The translations under genes were made by a program, and so were the position numbers. Positions 26,068 to 35,872 of a stretch of 64,000 bases of DNA are shown one piece after another. The notes beneath the pieces were generated by a model. That model did no database searches. It was not told where the DNA came from and saw nothing but the letters and a program-made list of their open reading frames with translations. Origin of the DNA: an uncultured Candidatus Melainabacteria bacterium (lineage in GTDB: Bacteria > Cyanobacteriota > Vampirovibrionia > Gastranaerophilales > Gastranaerophilaceae); NCBI GenBank assembly GCA_934754515.1, contig CAKVIG010000004.1, forward strand, positions 41,764-105,763, in the 5' to 3' direction. The first letter of the stretch is position 1. The number at the start of each line of letters is the position of its first letter.

Positions 26068-27956
26068 GATATAATCATATGCAAAGACTATTGTCAGTAG
26101 CGTTATTATTAGCGTTCGCTGCACCTTCAGGTCTGGCTGTTTCAACTTATACATCAACGCCTAATGTTCAGTCTACGGTTTTGAGCGGCGATGTAAGATT
26201 AACAAACAGAAATGATAAAATTACATTAAGCTTGCGCGATTCTGATGTTAAGCAAGTGTTAAGAATGTTTGCGGACAAAGCAGGTATGAATATCGTTTTC
26301 CACTCATCTGTAGATGGAAAAGTAACTTTAGACTTAGTTAATATGCCGATTAACGATGCTTTTAACTTAGTTTTGCAAGTTGCAGGTTTGAACTATTACA
26401 CACAAAATAATACATTAATCGTTTTAGCAAAAGATAATGCAGATAACGCAGCTTTTTCTAAACAAGAAATGATGGTATTTCCTGTCAAATACGTAAGTGC
26501 TGGAAAAATTGCAAACTTCTTGAACAATAACGTATTTGGCATGAAAAAAGCAGGTTTATCAAGTGTAGATGCTGCAACAGTAAATGCCGCAACAAATGAA
26601 ATTATTGTTTTCGGTATGAAATCAGACGCAGCAATCGTTCAAAAGGTAATTGACCAATTAGATAAAGAACCATTGACAAAAACATTTGCAGTAAATCACA
26701 CAACTCCTGCTGAAATGGCTGATATGATTTGTAACATGTTATTACCTTCTCGCGGTTCACAAAGCGGAGAGTCTAAAGGTTCAAGCAGTAGCTTTGCTCC
26801 TGCAACACCAGGTGTTGGAACGACAGGTGGCGCAGCAAGTATAAATGGTGTTATGACTGGTGGTGCCGCTTCTACTACTTCAAGCAGTGATTTAAAACTT
26901 GGTGAAGGCGTTGTTGCTTGTACTGTATCAGGGCAAGCTTCCTCAACTACATCTGCACCGTTTGATTTGCAAAACTTAGCAATATCTTATTATCCTCAAA
27001 GAGGTACAATCATGATGATGGGTGGTTCAGAAGCTCAAATGCACATGATTGAAAACTTTATAAAAACAAATGACGTTAAACAACCACAAGCATACTTGGA
27101 AGTTTCAATTGTAGAACTTAACGAAGCAGGTTCTAAAGAATTTGCTAACAATTGGGCTATTCAATCAGATGCCTGGGGTGTTAAATTCAGTGGCGGTAGA
27201 GTTTCAGGAGGTAGAGAAGCTTCTCCTTATGATAGGGTTTATGATATTACAAAACACTATTGGACAGAACCAAAAGTCAATGATGATGGCACTATTACAT
27301 TACCTACATACACCGCTGTAACAGGTAAAGAAAAGGGTGTGTATCATGGTTCATACATTTCTTGGACAATGAACTACTTGATTGAAAACCGTAAAGCAAG
27401 AGTACTTGCTAATCCTAAATTATTAATCACTAACGGTCAAGAATCAACAATTGATTTGACTCAAGATTATGTAGAAAAAGTTACATCTGAGTTCTTGTCT
27501 TCAACATCAACAGGTGGGGCTGGAACTGGTACTGTTCAAAGAACATATACAATAGGTTCTGACCAAGGTATCAAAGTTGTATTAACGCCATTCATTTCTC
27601 CTGACGGTTATGTAACATTGAATATTAAACCTGAATATTCAACTGTAGCAGGTGAAGTAAGAACTCCAAGTGAAACTAATGATGGCAGCACAGACTTGCA
27701 AGCAACATTGTTAAGCAGAAGAAATCTTGATTTGAAAAACATCAGAATCAAAGATGGTGAAACTCTTGCGATTGGTGGTTTAATACAAGAAAATGAACAA
27801 AAAACAGTTCAAAAGATTCCTGTTCTAGGTGATTTGCCGGTTATCGGTGCTGCATTTAGATCAAGCTCTACAACCAAAGCAAAAACAGAACTTGTAATTA
27901 TGCTAACACCAAAAATCATCAATGATGGAGAAAACTCAGTAGCGGATAGTTTATAG
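26064..27956 (+). CDS. pilQ: type IV pilus secretin
   Basis: 630 aa with a signal peptide and secretin N domains. The C-terminal secretin domain ends with IPVLGDLPVIGAAFRS. A Gly/Ser/Thr-rich insert is present. Confidence 0.88.
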   Translation: MRYNHMQRLLSVALLLAFAAPSGLAVSTYTSTPNVQSTVLSGDVRLTNRNDKITLSLRDSDVKQVLRMFADKAGMNIVFHSSVDGKVTLDLVNMPINDAFNLVLQVAGLNYYTQNNTLIVLAKDNADNAAFSKQEMMVFPVKYVSAGKIANFLNNNVFGMKKAGLSSVDAATVNAATNEIIVFGMKSDAAIVQKVIDQLDKEPLTKTFAVNHTTPAEMADMICNMLLPSRGSQSGESKGSSSSFAPATPGVGTTGGAASINGVMTGGAASTTSSSDLKLGEGVVACTVSGQASSTTSAPFDLQNLAISYYPQRGTIMMMGGSEAQMHMIENFIKTNDVKQPQAYLEVSIVELNEAGSKEFANNWAIQSDAWGVKFSGGRVSGGREASPYDRVYDITKHYWTEPKVNDDGTITLPTYTAVTGKEKGVYHGSYISWTMNYLIENRKARVLANPKLLITNGQESTIDLTQDYVEKVTSEFLSSTSTGGAGTGTVQRTYTIGSDQGIKVVLTPFISPDGYVTLNIKPEYSTVAGEVRTPSETNDGSTDLQATLLSRRNLDLKNIRIKDGETLAIGGLIQENEQKTVQKIPVLGDLPVIGAAFRSSSTTKAKTELVIMLTPKIINDGENSVADSL

Positions 27957-27961
27957 AAATT

Positions 27962-30025
27962 ATGTCTAATCAACTGGAAAAATTAAAAAGTAGTATTAAA
28001 AGGGAATACGTAAATAATTTTGAATTAAACCTGATGAAATCATCAGGTTTTATTCCAATTGATAAAAGACAAGGTAAACTGTACACAATAATCAGTCAGA
28101 GAAGCTTAAGAGATATTGAGACAATCAGAGAAACCATCTCAAAAACGGTTCAGACTTATGGCGGCATTGAACCTATTCCTGTAAGTGATGCAATTTTTGA
28201 TGATGTCTATAATTTTGTAGATAATTTAATCAAAAATCCTGAAAGCGTTGAAACGGAAAAGGCTGAAGTTAAAGAACCACCTAAGCCAAAAGAAGTTACG
28301 GCAGAAGACATGCTGGTAACTATCGGTTGGATAAAAAAAGAACAGTTGCTTGAATCAGAAAAACTTGCGAAAGAAAAAAATGTTCCTTTAGATGAAATTT
28401 TTCATGAAAAAGGTTATTTAACTTATGAGCAAATAGTTTCTTATTTAAAGAAAAAATATGGTTGTGATGTAATTTCAAAATCCAATATTAAAGTTGATAA
28501 AAGTATTTTAAAACTTCTTCCCGATGATTTTGTAGAAAAGAAAAAAACAATCATTTTATCAATGCAGGATAATAAGCTTGCAGTTGCAATGGTTAATCCT
28601 ACTGACAATTACACAATTCGTGAAATTTCACTTTCAACAGGTCGTTCTTTGAATGTATATTGTATTCCGTATTTTGAATACGAACAATATTTAAAAGAAT
28701 ACTTTATGCAGAAAAAAACAGAACAGGCCGCTAAAGAAACCGAAAGAATCATTCAGAGTATTGAAGAGGAATCTGCACAATACAACAATGAAGAATCTCT
28801 TTGGACACAGGTTGAAAAAGAACTTCAAGACGCAAGCGGTAACGTTGCAAAGTTCGTTTACAAAATTATTACAGATGCGATTGATGCAAAAGCTTCCGAT
28901 ATTCACATTGAGCCAAGACTGGGCTACTATGTAGTTCGTGTTCGTTCTGATGGTATTTTGAAAAAAGTTCTTGAAATTCCGGGTAGTATCGAACAAGCTG
29001 TAATTACGCGTTTTAAGGTTCTTGCAAGAATGAACATTGCAGAACACAGACGTCCTCAAGATGGTACATTCTCTATCAAGTATAATGACAGAATGTACGA
29101 CTTCCGTATAAATACGCTTCCGGTTTCTGGCAAAGAAAAGGTTGTAATCCGTATTCTTGCGCCTGCTGTCAGCTTGAAAGCAGCCGGAGATAAAATGATT
29201 ATTGCCGGAGCTTCGGAAGAAGATATACAAAAAATCCATGACATGGTTCAATCACCTAATGGTATTATTTTGACATCAGGCCCTACAGGTTCAGGTAAAA
29301 CGACTACACTTTACACAATTCTGAAAGCTCTTAATAAAGAAGATGTTAATATTACAACAATTGAAGATCCGATAGAAATTAAGTTGGAAGGTATTAACCA
29401 ATCACAAGTTAACCCGAAAGCTGATATTACTTTCGCATCTTGCATGAGAGCAATTTTAAGACAAGACCCTGACATCATTCTGATTGGTGAAATCCGTGAC
29501 TTTGAAACATTGGAAGTAGCAATTTCAGCAGCATTAACAGGTCACTTGGTATTGAGTACAGTCCACACCAACTCTGCAGCTGCAACTGTTACACGTTTGA
29601 TTGAAATGGGTGCTAAAGATTACCTTGTATCTTCTACTCTGACAGGTGTAATTGCACAAAGACTTGTAAGAAGACTTTGTGACAAATGCAAAGAAGGTTA
29701 CTTCCCAACGGAAGAAGAAGTTAAACATATTTCTACTGAACCTGAAGTTCAAGAACAATTGTTAAAGACCAAACTTTACAGAAAAAAAGGATGCAAAGAG
29801 TGTGGTTATTTAGGCTACACAGGTCGTTTAGGTATTTACGAAGTTATGCCTATAACAAGAGAAATCAAAAAACTTATTGCACAAGGTGCGCATGATATTG
29901 AAATTGAAGAAGCAGCTGTTGCTGCCGGTATGAAAACGCTTAAATATTCTTGCTTGGAACACATTACAAACGGTGTTACAACAACAAGTGAATTCATAAG
30001 AGTATTAGGTTACGCGAGCGATTAA
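27962..30025 (+). CDS. pilB: type IV pilus assembly ATPase (GspE/PilB family)
   Basis: 687 aa with Walker A GPTGSGKTTT and Walker B DPDIILIGEIRD. Tetracysteine motif CDKC...CKEC. Confidence 0.92.
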   Translation: MSNQLEKLKSSIKREYVNNFELNLMKSSGFIPIDKRQGKLYTIISQRSLRDIETIRETISKTVQTYGGIEPIPVSDAIFDDVYNFVDNLIKNPESVETEKAEVKEPPKPKEVTAEDMLVTIGWIKKEQLLESEKLAKEKNVPLDEIFHEKGYLTYEQIVSYLKKKYGCDVISKSNIKVDKSILKLLPDDFVEKKKTIILSMQDNKLAVAMVNPTDNYTIREISLSTGRSLNVYCIPYFEYEQYLKEYFMQKKTEQAAKETERIIQSIEEESAQYNNEESLWTQVEKELQDASGNVAKFVYKIITDAIDAKASDIHIEPRLGYYVVRVRSDGILKKVLEIPGSIEQAVITRFKVLARMNIAEHRRPQDGTFSIKYNDRMYDFRINTLPVSGKEKVVIRILAPAVSLKAAGDKMIIAGASEEDIQKIHDMVQSPNGIILTSGPTGSGKTTTLYTILKALNKEDVNITTIEDPIEIKLEGINQSQVNPKADITFASCMRAILRQDPDIILIGEIRDFETLEVAISAALTGHLVLSTVHTNSAAATVTRLIEMGAKDYLVSSTLTGVIAQRLVRRLCDKCKEGYFPTEEEVKHISTEPEVQEQLLKTKLYRKKGCKECGYLGYTGRLGIYEVMPITREIKKLIAQGAHDIEIEEAAVAAGMKTLKYSCLEHITNGVTTTSEFIRVLGYASD

Positions 30026-30045
30026 GATTTAAAAAAGAGGATTCT

Positions 30046-31245
30046 ATGCCAATATATACATATACAGCGTTAAAACAAGGCAAAGAGATTGTTAAAGGTG
30101 AAATTACGGCTTCTAATCTTAAAGATGCACGTGATATCATTCGTAAAATGGGACTTGTTCCCACCAAAGTTAATGAGTATTCAGAAGCTAAGGCAAAAAA
30201 AAACAATCAATTAGCAAAATTGTCTTTGAGCGAGAAAATCGACTTCATATCGACCCTGCAAATCTTGTTAACATCAGGTATTCCTGCCGTCGAATCTCTG
30301 ATGTTTATGGAACAAGAAGCTGCTAAAAAGAAAATTCGTGATATGTCCAAAATTTTGAAAACTCAAATTATGGCAGGTTCTACTTTTGCTGACACTTTAG
30401 CAAGATATCCTCAAGTTTTCGGTTACATTTTTATCGGTTTGATTAAAGCCGGTGAAGAATCCGGTGAGTTGGAAAAAACTTTAGGTCGTATCAAAGACTT
30501 GCTTACAAAACAAGCTAACATCAAAGGTAAAGTTATTGGTACTTTGATGTATCCGATGTTCGTTGTAGTTTTAGCATTTTGTATTACTATTGTAATGCTT
30601 GTGTTCGTATTCCCTGCGTTCAAGGATATGTTTGAACAACAAGATAAAGCATTACCGCTCATTACATCCGTAATGATTAATGCAGGTGACTACTTGAAAA
30701 CATATTGGTTCACAATCCCTATTTTCATTGTTGCATTTTTAGCATTCTGCTATTTGATGATAAATTGGAAACCGGCTAGAGAGTTGTTGGACAAAGCTGT
30801 TTTAAAAGTTCCGCTCTTAAATAACTTGATTATGTACTCAAATTATTCAAACTTTTTATCAGTTATGAGCGTATCTTATGATGCAGGTATTCCGATTGTT
30901 GACTGCTTGCACTTGGCTGTAATTACACTTACAAACTCTGTAATGCGTAATAAAATGAGCAGCGCAATTGTTAAAGTTCAACAAGGTTTGCAGGTTTCAC
31001 AAGCTTTTAAATCGACTAAAATTGTTCCTAAAATGCTTCTGTTTATGGTTGCGACAGGTGAACAATCAGGTCGTTTAGGCGATATGCTTGAAAAAGGTGT
31101 AAACTTCTTGGATAAAACATTAGACGGTATTATTGATACAATGACCAAAATGATTGAACCTATTATGCTTCTTGTAATTGGTAGTATCGTACTTGTAATG
31201 GCATTGGCTTTGTACTTACCATTGTTCCAATCATACATGAGCTAA
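30046..31245 (+). CDS. pilC: type IV pilus platform protein (GspF/PilC family)
   Basis: 399 aa with the duplicated GspF domain architecture and three TM segments. Confidence 0.9.
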   Translation: MPIYTYTALKQGKEIVKGEITASNLKDARDIIRKMGLVPTKVNEYSEAKAKKNNQLAKLSLSEKIDFISTLQILLTSGIPAVESLMFMEQEAAKKKIRDMSKILKTQIMAGSTFADTLARYPQVFGYIFIGLIKAGEESGELEKTLGRIKDLLTKQANIKGKVIGTLMYPMFVVVLAFCITIVMLVFVFPAFKDMFEQQDKALPLITSVMINAGDYLKTYWFTIPIFIVAFLAFCYLMINWKPARELLDKAVLKVPLLNNLIMYSNYSNFLSVMSVSYDAGIPIVDCLHLAVITLTNSVMRNKMSSAIVKVQQGLQVSQAFKSTKIVPKMLLFMVATGEQSGRLGDMLEKGVNFLDKTLDGIIDTMTKMIEPIMLLVIGSIVLVMALALYLPLFQSYMS

Positions 31246-31267
31246 GGTGCAAAAAAGGAATTATTTA

Positions 31268-31549
31268 ATGGAAAATAACGAGATACTAGAATTATCAACT
31301 TCCGCATGGCGAGAAAAAGTTTATATAGAAACCGCTGAATTTATTATCAAAGGTTATGTTTTTATGCCAAAAATCGGTAAAAGAAACAGACTTTTATCAG
31401 AAATTTTGAACACAAATAAACAGTTTATTGCAGTCAAAAATTGTACTTTAGAATCAAAACTTGTGCCTCAAAGAGAAATCGAAAAGCATGATTTTTTGCA
31501 GGTTAACATTTCTACAATTCTTATTATAAGGCCATTAAACGATGACTAA
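31268..31549 (+). CDS. small hypothetical protein at end of pilus operon
   Basis: AAGGA RBS before the ATG (MENNEILE...). 93 aa. Its stop overlaps the next gene's start. Confidence 0.55.
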   Translation: MENNEILELSTSAWREKVYIETAEFIIKGYVFMPKIGKRNRLLSEILNTNKQFIAVKNCTLESKLVPQREIEKHDFLQVNISTILIIRPLNDD

Positions 31550-32357
31550 GACTTATGTTATTACAGGTTCAGCTTCCGGTATCGGACGCGCGTTACTAAA
31601 AGAACTGGCAAAAGACAATGTAGTTTTTGCAGGATATAGAAACAAAGCACACGAAAACGAACTAAAAGCAATCTCTGCCAATGTTTATCCTTTTTATATA
31701 GACTATTCTAAGCCCGAAACAATTAAACTGGCGGCTGATTATTTAGTTTCTAAATGTACAAAAATTGATACATTGGTTAATATTGCAGGCTGTGTAGTTG
31801 CCGGCCCTATTGAAAAAATTGAACCGTCAGAACTTAGAAGACAATTTGATGTAAATGTTTTTGGACATATTGAATTTACGCAAAGATTGATGGATATCTT
31901 AGAAAATGGAAAAATCATTAATATAAGCTCAATGGCGAGTTTTGGAATTTTTCCGTTTATTTCTCCTTATTGCGCTTCAAAACGCTGCTTAGACATGTTC
32001 TTCAATTCACTTTTGATTGAAAATAAAAAGAATATCAAAGTTGTATCAATTAAACCCGGAGTAATTTCTACACCGCTTTGGGGCAAATCTGTTAGCGAAA
32101 ACTCAAAGTATTTTGATAACTGCAAAGGTTATGAAAAAGAAATGAGATTTATGATAGCAAACGCGGAGCGTAATGAGAAAAAAGGTTTGCCGGTTGAGAA
32201 AGTTATAAGCATAATTTTAAAAGCAGATAAAGCAAAAAATCCGAAGCTTTCATATACCGTTGGCACAGATGCTTTCATGGCAAATCTTGCAACAAAAATC
32301 CCACAAAGTTGGCAAAATAGACTTATTAAACTTGGAATGAAAGCTAGAATGAAGTAA
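31542..32357 (+). CDS. short-chain dehydrogenase/reductase
   Basis: 271 aa with the TGSASGIGRA cofactor motif and the catalytic YCASK. Confidence 0.88.
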   Translation: MTKTYVITGSASGIGRALLKELAKDNVVFAGYRNKAHENELKAISANVYPFYIDYSKPETIKLAADYLVSKCTKIDTLVNIAGCVVAGPIEKIEPSELRRQFDVNVFGHIEFTQRLMDILENGKIINISSMASFGIFPFISPYCASKRCLDMFFNSLLIENKKNIKVVSIKPGVISTPLWGKSVSENSKYFDNCKGYEKEMRFMIANAERNEKKGLPVEKVISIILKADKAKNPKLSYTVGTDAFMANLATKIPQSWQNRLIKLGMKARMK

Positions 32358-32363
32358 TTCATT

Positions 32364-32390
32364 GGTGCAAAAATTTGCACCCTATTTTTT
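32364..32390 (+). terminator. GGTGCAAAAATTTGCACC hairpin plus T-run
   Basis: Hairpin followed by CTATTTTTT, 7 nt after the SDR stop codon. Confidence 0.7.
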
Positions 32391-32626
32391 AAAAAGTTGA
32401 CAGTTGAAAGTATTTTATTAAATATTTTCAATATTGCGAATTGTTCTATTCATCAAATCTATAGCTACTTCTAAACAATTACTGATATAAATATAACTTA
32501 TATCATCATTTTCAGTCGCTCTTTGCGTCACAATTAGACAACTTTTAATTTCTTCAAGTTGCAACCTTATATCTGCTAATTTATTCTCCATAATAACTCC
32601 TAACTTTAGAAATATAATTTTGATAA

Positions 32627-32642
32627 TAAGAACTATAGTTCT
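32627..32642. promoter_or_regulatory. perfect 16-bp palindrome, candidate operator of the XRE regulator
   Basis: AAGAACTATAGTTCTT, followed 3 nt later by a third half-site AAGAACACTAT. It ends 56 nt upstream of the XRE-family gene. Confidence 0.5.
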
Positions 32643-32698
32643 TTATAAGAACACTATCATGGATATATTTAAATTAAAAGTTACTTTATTATTTAAGT

Positions 32699-32914
32699 AT
32701 GAATAAGGCAGAGATTATCAAGCAAGTTGCAGAAACAATTCGTGTTGAACGTTTTAGAAAGCGATTGAGCCAAGAAAAATTGGCAGAAATGGCTGGAATT
32801 TCTACGAAATACTTAAATTCTATTGAAAATGAAAAAGTTAATCCAAGTATTACAATTGTTGTTCAACTTTGTAATGCTTTGGAAATTGAACTCAACCAAC
32901 TTATTACAAAATAG
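32699..32914 (+). CDS. XRE-family helix-turn-helix transcriptional regulator
   Basis: 71 aa with the Cro/C1-type HTH LSQEKLAEMAGISTKYLNSIENEKVNPS. Confidence 0.85.
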   Translation: MNKAEIIKQVAETIRVERFRKRLSQEKLAEMAGISTKYLNSIENEKVNPSITIVVQLCNALEIELNQLITK

Positions 32915-32995
32915 TAACAAGCTTTTTATTTCCTTTAATACTATTATTCAGATATAGCAAATTTTGTGCTAAGCTTAAAGGAAAAGGACGAGGTT

Positions 32996-33853
32996 ATGAA
33001 AAAATTTATACTTAACGCAGACGATTTTGGAATGAGCGAAGCTTATAACAGAGCTGTTTTGGAAGGCTACGAGTCTGGTATTTTAAAAAGTACAAGCCTT
33101 ACAGCTAACGGCGAAGCTTTTGAAGAAGCCTGCGAAAAAGTTATCCCTGCTTGTCCTGATTTGGGGGTGGGAATTCACTTAAATATTATCGAAGGCAAAG
33201 CCTTGTGTCCTGATTTAGACCAACTTACGGATACTCAAAGCAATCTTAACAACTCTTTCGGCGCGCTGCTTTTAAAATCACTAAACCCAAATAACAAAGC
33301 GTTTATGGAGCAGATTGAAAAAGAATTTAGAGCGCAAATAGAAAAAGTTATGAGCCGTACAAAAGTTACTCATATCGACTCGCACGTGCATACGCATTCA
33401 ATTCCAAAGATTTTTGAATTAACGGCAAAATTGGCTAAAGAATATAGTATTAAACAAATCAGAACACAGTTTGAAAAACCTTATCTCATGCCGGATGCGA
33501 GTAGAATATTTAATCGCAAATATCCGATAAATTTGATTAAAGTTGCGCTTTTGGAATTCTTTACACTCATAAACGAAAAAACCGTTTTCAAATATGGTTT
33601 GACTACAAATGATTATTTGCTTGGCGTTTCATTCACTTCTATGATGAACAGTTTAGCGATTTCTTACGGCTTGATGGCAATTAAATACGATAAAGTTATA
33701 GCCGAAGCTCTTATTCACCCTTGCAGATACGAAGACGGTACAATTGATAACCATTTTGAAGAATTTCAGATTACAAAAAATCAAAAACTAAAAGAAAAAA
33801 TCGAAAAATTGGGTTTTGAAATAACAAATTATGCCAATAATGAACAAGACTAA
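32996..33853 (+). CDS. YdjC/ChbG-family carbohydrate deacetylase
   Basis: NADDFGMS motif at the N-terminus, plus HIDSHVHTH. Start placed at the ATG behind AAGGACGAGG; the track start is GTG 30 nt upstream. Confidence 0.8.
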   Translation: MKKFILNADDFGMSEAYNRAVLEGYESGILKSTSLTANGEAFEEACEKVIPACPDLGVGIHLNIIEGKALCPDLDQLTDTQSNLNNSFGALLLKSLNPNNKAFMEQIEKEFRAQIEKVMSRTKVTHIDSHVHTHSIPKIFELTAKLAKEYSIKQIRTQFEKPYLMPDASRIFNRKYPINLIKVALLEFFTLINEKTVFKYGLTTNDYLLGVSFTSMMNSLAISYGLMAIKYDKVIAEALIHPCRYEDGTIDNHFEEFQITKNQKLKEKIEKLGFEITNYANNEQD

Positions 33854-35540
33854 AACCTTAACTGCAACACTTGTAATTCTTTTGCTGATTGCGTTTTCGC
33901 TTTTGCCGAAAGATAAAGAGTTTTGCGTTAAAAATGTAATATCACCAACAGAAATTCAACTTAATAACAATGAGATTTTGAAATTTGATGATATTCAAAC
34001 TTTTGATGCGAGCTATTCTCCAAAAAATAAAGAACTTGCAACAAAACTCGGAATAACTGAGGATGAAGCGTTTATTATCGGTAATTTGGCAAAATACTGG
34101 TCGCAGAATCTTCTGAGTGGTCGTGATGTTTTGGTTGAAAATGGGGATTTAATCTACTATAAATACAGCTACCAAAAGAAACTGGAAAATTCTGCATTCG
34201 GAATAAGAAACAATGAACCTTGCAGAAAATCCGCATTCAATAAACTGTTAAAATCAATCAGGCACACAAAATACGGAATTTTTGCTGACGATAAATTTTA
34301 TCCGATATCAAAAGAATTTGCTCAAGGCGATTTTATAATAATACGAAAAAGTCATTATTATAAATTATTCCCGAAAGCTTTTGTTAAAAAGGCAAAAGGA
34401 GCAAAGAAAACAAAATTTGAAAAATCAAAAATATATTTTAAACCGTTTTCTAATGGCAATATAAAAATCATTGTTTCTGATTTAACCACAAAACTTAAGC
34501 CTGACAGAAACTGTTCAAGTGATATCTGTAAAGAGATTTTGACTAATATTAATAACTCAAAGACGTCAATAGATATGGCGATTTACGGCTATTCTTCTAC
34601 ACCAGTGCTTGAAAGAGCGATAAAAGATGCACAAAATCGCGGTGTTAAAATCAGATTGGTTTATGATGTAGATGCAAAAAACCAAAACATATATCCTGAC
34701 ACATTTAAATTTGTTAGTTTAATTACCAGCTCAAAAAGTGATGGCGGGCTAAAAAACTCCAACGCCACAATGCATAATAAGTTTTATATTTTCGATAATA
34801 AAGCAGTAATTACAGGCTCTGCAAACCTTTCGCACACTGATATGTCAGGATTTAATTCCAACAACATAATTGTGATTAATTCACCTGATGTCGCTAAGAT
34901 TTATAAAACAGAATTTGAGCAGATGTTCAACGGCAATTTTCATTCTGCAAAAATTCCAACAGTGAACAATAAGGCAAATAATATGCAGATTTATTTTTCA
35001 CCACAGGATAAATCAATAAGCAGTGCAGTTTTGCCGATTATTGAAAACGCAAAAGATTATATTTACATCCCGATATTTGTAATTACGGAAAATCGAGTAG
35101 TTGAAGCTTTAATCAGTGCAAAACAGCGCGGAGTAGATGTAAGGCTTATTTCTGATGCGTTAAATGCTTCCGGTAAATATTCGAAAATCAAAGTTCTTAG
35201 AGCAAACGGAATTTTAGTAAAAATTGAAAACTACGCCGGCAAAATGCACTCCAAAACAATGATTGCGGATGATAAATATTCCATCATCGGTTCAATGAAT
35301 TTTTCTAAAAGCGGTGAAATAAAGAATGATGAAAACACGATTGTTTTAGAAAACGCAGAAGCCGCAAAATATTTGAAACGCTTCTTCTTATACCAATGGG
35401 ATAGAATACCTGATAAATGGCTTAACGGCTATCCTAGAGCCGAAGGCTGGGAATCTATCGGTTCTTGTACGGATGGAATTGATAATGATTACGACGGTTT
35501 AACAGATGCTTTAGACACCGGTTGTCAAAGCAAACATTAA
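33831..35540 (+). CDS. membrane-anchored phospholipase D-family (HKD) phosphodiesterase/nuclease
   Basis: 569 aa with an N-terminal TM helix and a degenerate SNase-like segment. Two HKD motifs (MHNKFYIFDNKAVITGSANLS, MHSKTMIADDKYSIIGSMNFS). C-terminal CTDGIDNDYDGLTDALDTGC motif. Confidence 0.85.
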   Translation: MPIMNKTKTLTATLVILLLIAFSLLPKDKEFCVKNVISPTEIQLNNNEILKFDDIQTFDASYSPKNKELATKLGITEDEAFIIGNLAKYWSQNLLSGRDVLVENGDLIYYKYSYQKKLENSAFGIRNNEPCRKSAFNKLLKSIRHTKYGIFADDKFYPISKEFAQGDFIIIRKSHYYKLFPKAFVKKAKGAKKTKFEKSKIYFKPFSNGNIKIIVSDLTTKLKPDRNCSSDICKEILTNINNSKTSIDMAIYGYSSTPVLERAIKDAQNRGVKIRLVYDVDAKNQNIYPDTFKFVSLITSSKSDGGLKNSNATMHNKFYIFDNKAVITGSANLSHTDMSGFNSNNIIVINSPDVAKIYKTEFEQMFNGNFHSAKIPTVNNKANNMQIYFSPQDKSISSAVLPIIENAKDYIYIPIFVITENRVVEALISAKQRGVDVRLISDALNASGKYSKIKVLRANGILVKIENYAGKMHSKTMIADDKYSIIGSMNFSKSGEIKNDENTIVLENAEAAKYLKRFFLYQWDRIPDKWLNGYPRAEGWESIGSCTDGIDNDYDGLTDALDTGCQSKH

Positions 35541-35710
35541 TAGGTATCGTTTATAAAATTAAACAAATTTGTATGTGATTGTTTGATTCTGGCTTGAAGT
35601 TTATACTTAAGCATAAGCATATCGGGATTAGATGTATAACTGTGCTTTTCGTTAGAATTTACTGCTATTTGTCTGTTCTTAGATGATAAAACCATGTCAC
35701 TATTAATCAT
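35537..35710 (-). CDS. small hypothetical protein (57 aa, not in ORF track)
   Basis: The ATG is preceded by AGGAA. A TTGGCA-N16-TATAAT promoter-like sequence lies at 35763-35790 on the minus strand. Translation: MINSDMVLSSKNRQIAVNSNEKHSYTSNPDMLMLKYKLQARIKQSHTNLFNFINDTY. Confidence 0.35.
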   Translation of the reverse strand: MINSDMVLSSKNRQIAVNSNEKHSYTSNPDMLMLKYKLQARIKQSHTNLFNFINDTY

Positions 35711-35806
35711 CTTATTTCCTTTCGGGTAAAATGTATATCTAAATTTTCGGTGTGTATTATATATTATAATTACAAAAAAATTTTTGCCAAGGGGAAATTG
35801 AAAAAT

Positions 35807-35844
35807 AAAATCTCGGTTTTATCAAAATTAAAAACCGAGATTTT
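35807..35844. terminator. bidirectional terminator after bioB
   Basis: Perfect 14-bp stem AAAATCTCGGTTTT / AAAACCGAGATTTT. Confidence 0.75.
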
Positions 35845-35872
35845 ACAAATATTTAATTATGTAACCTGATTA

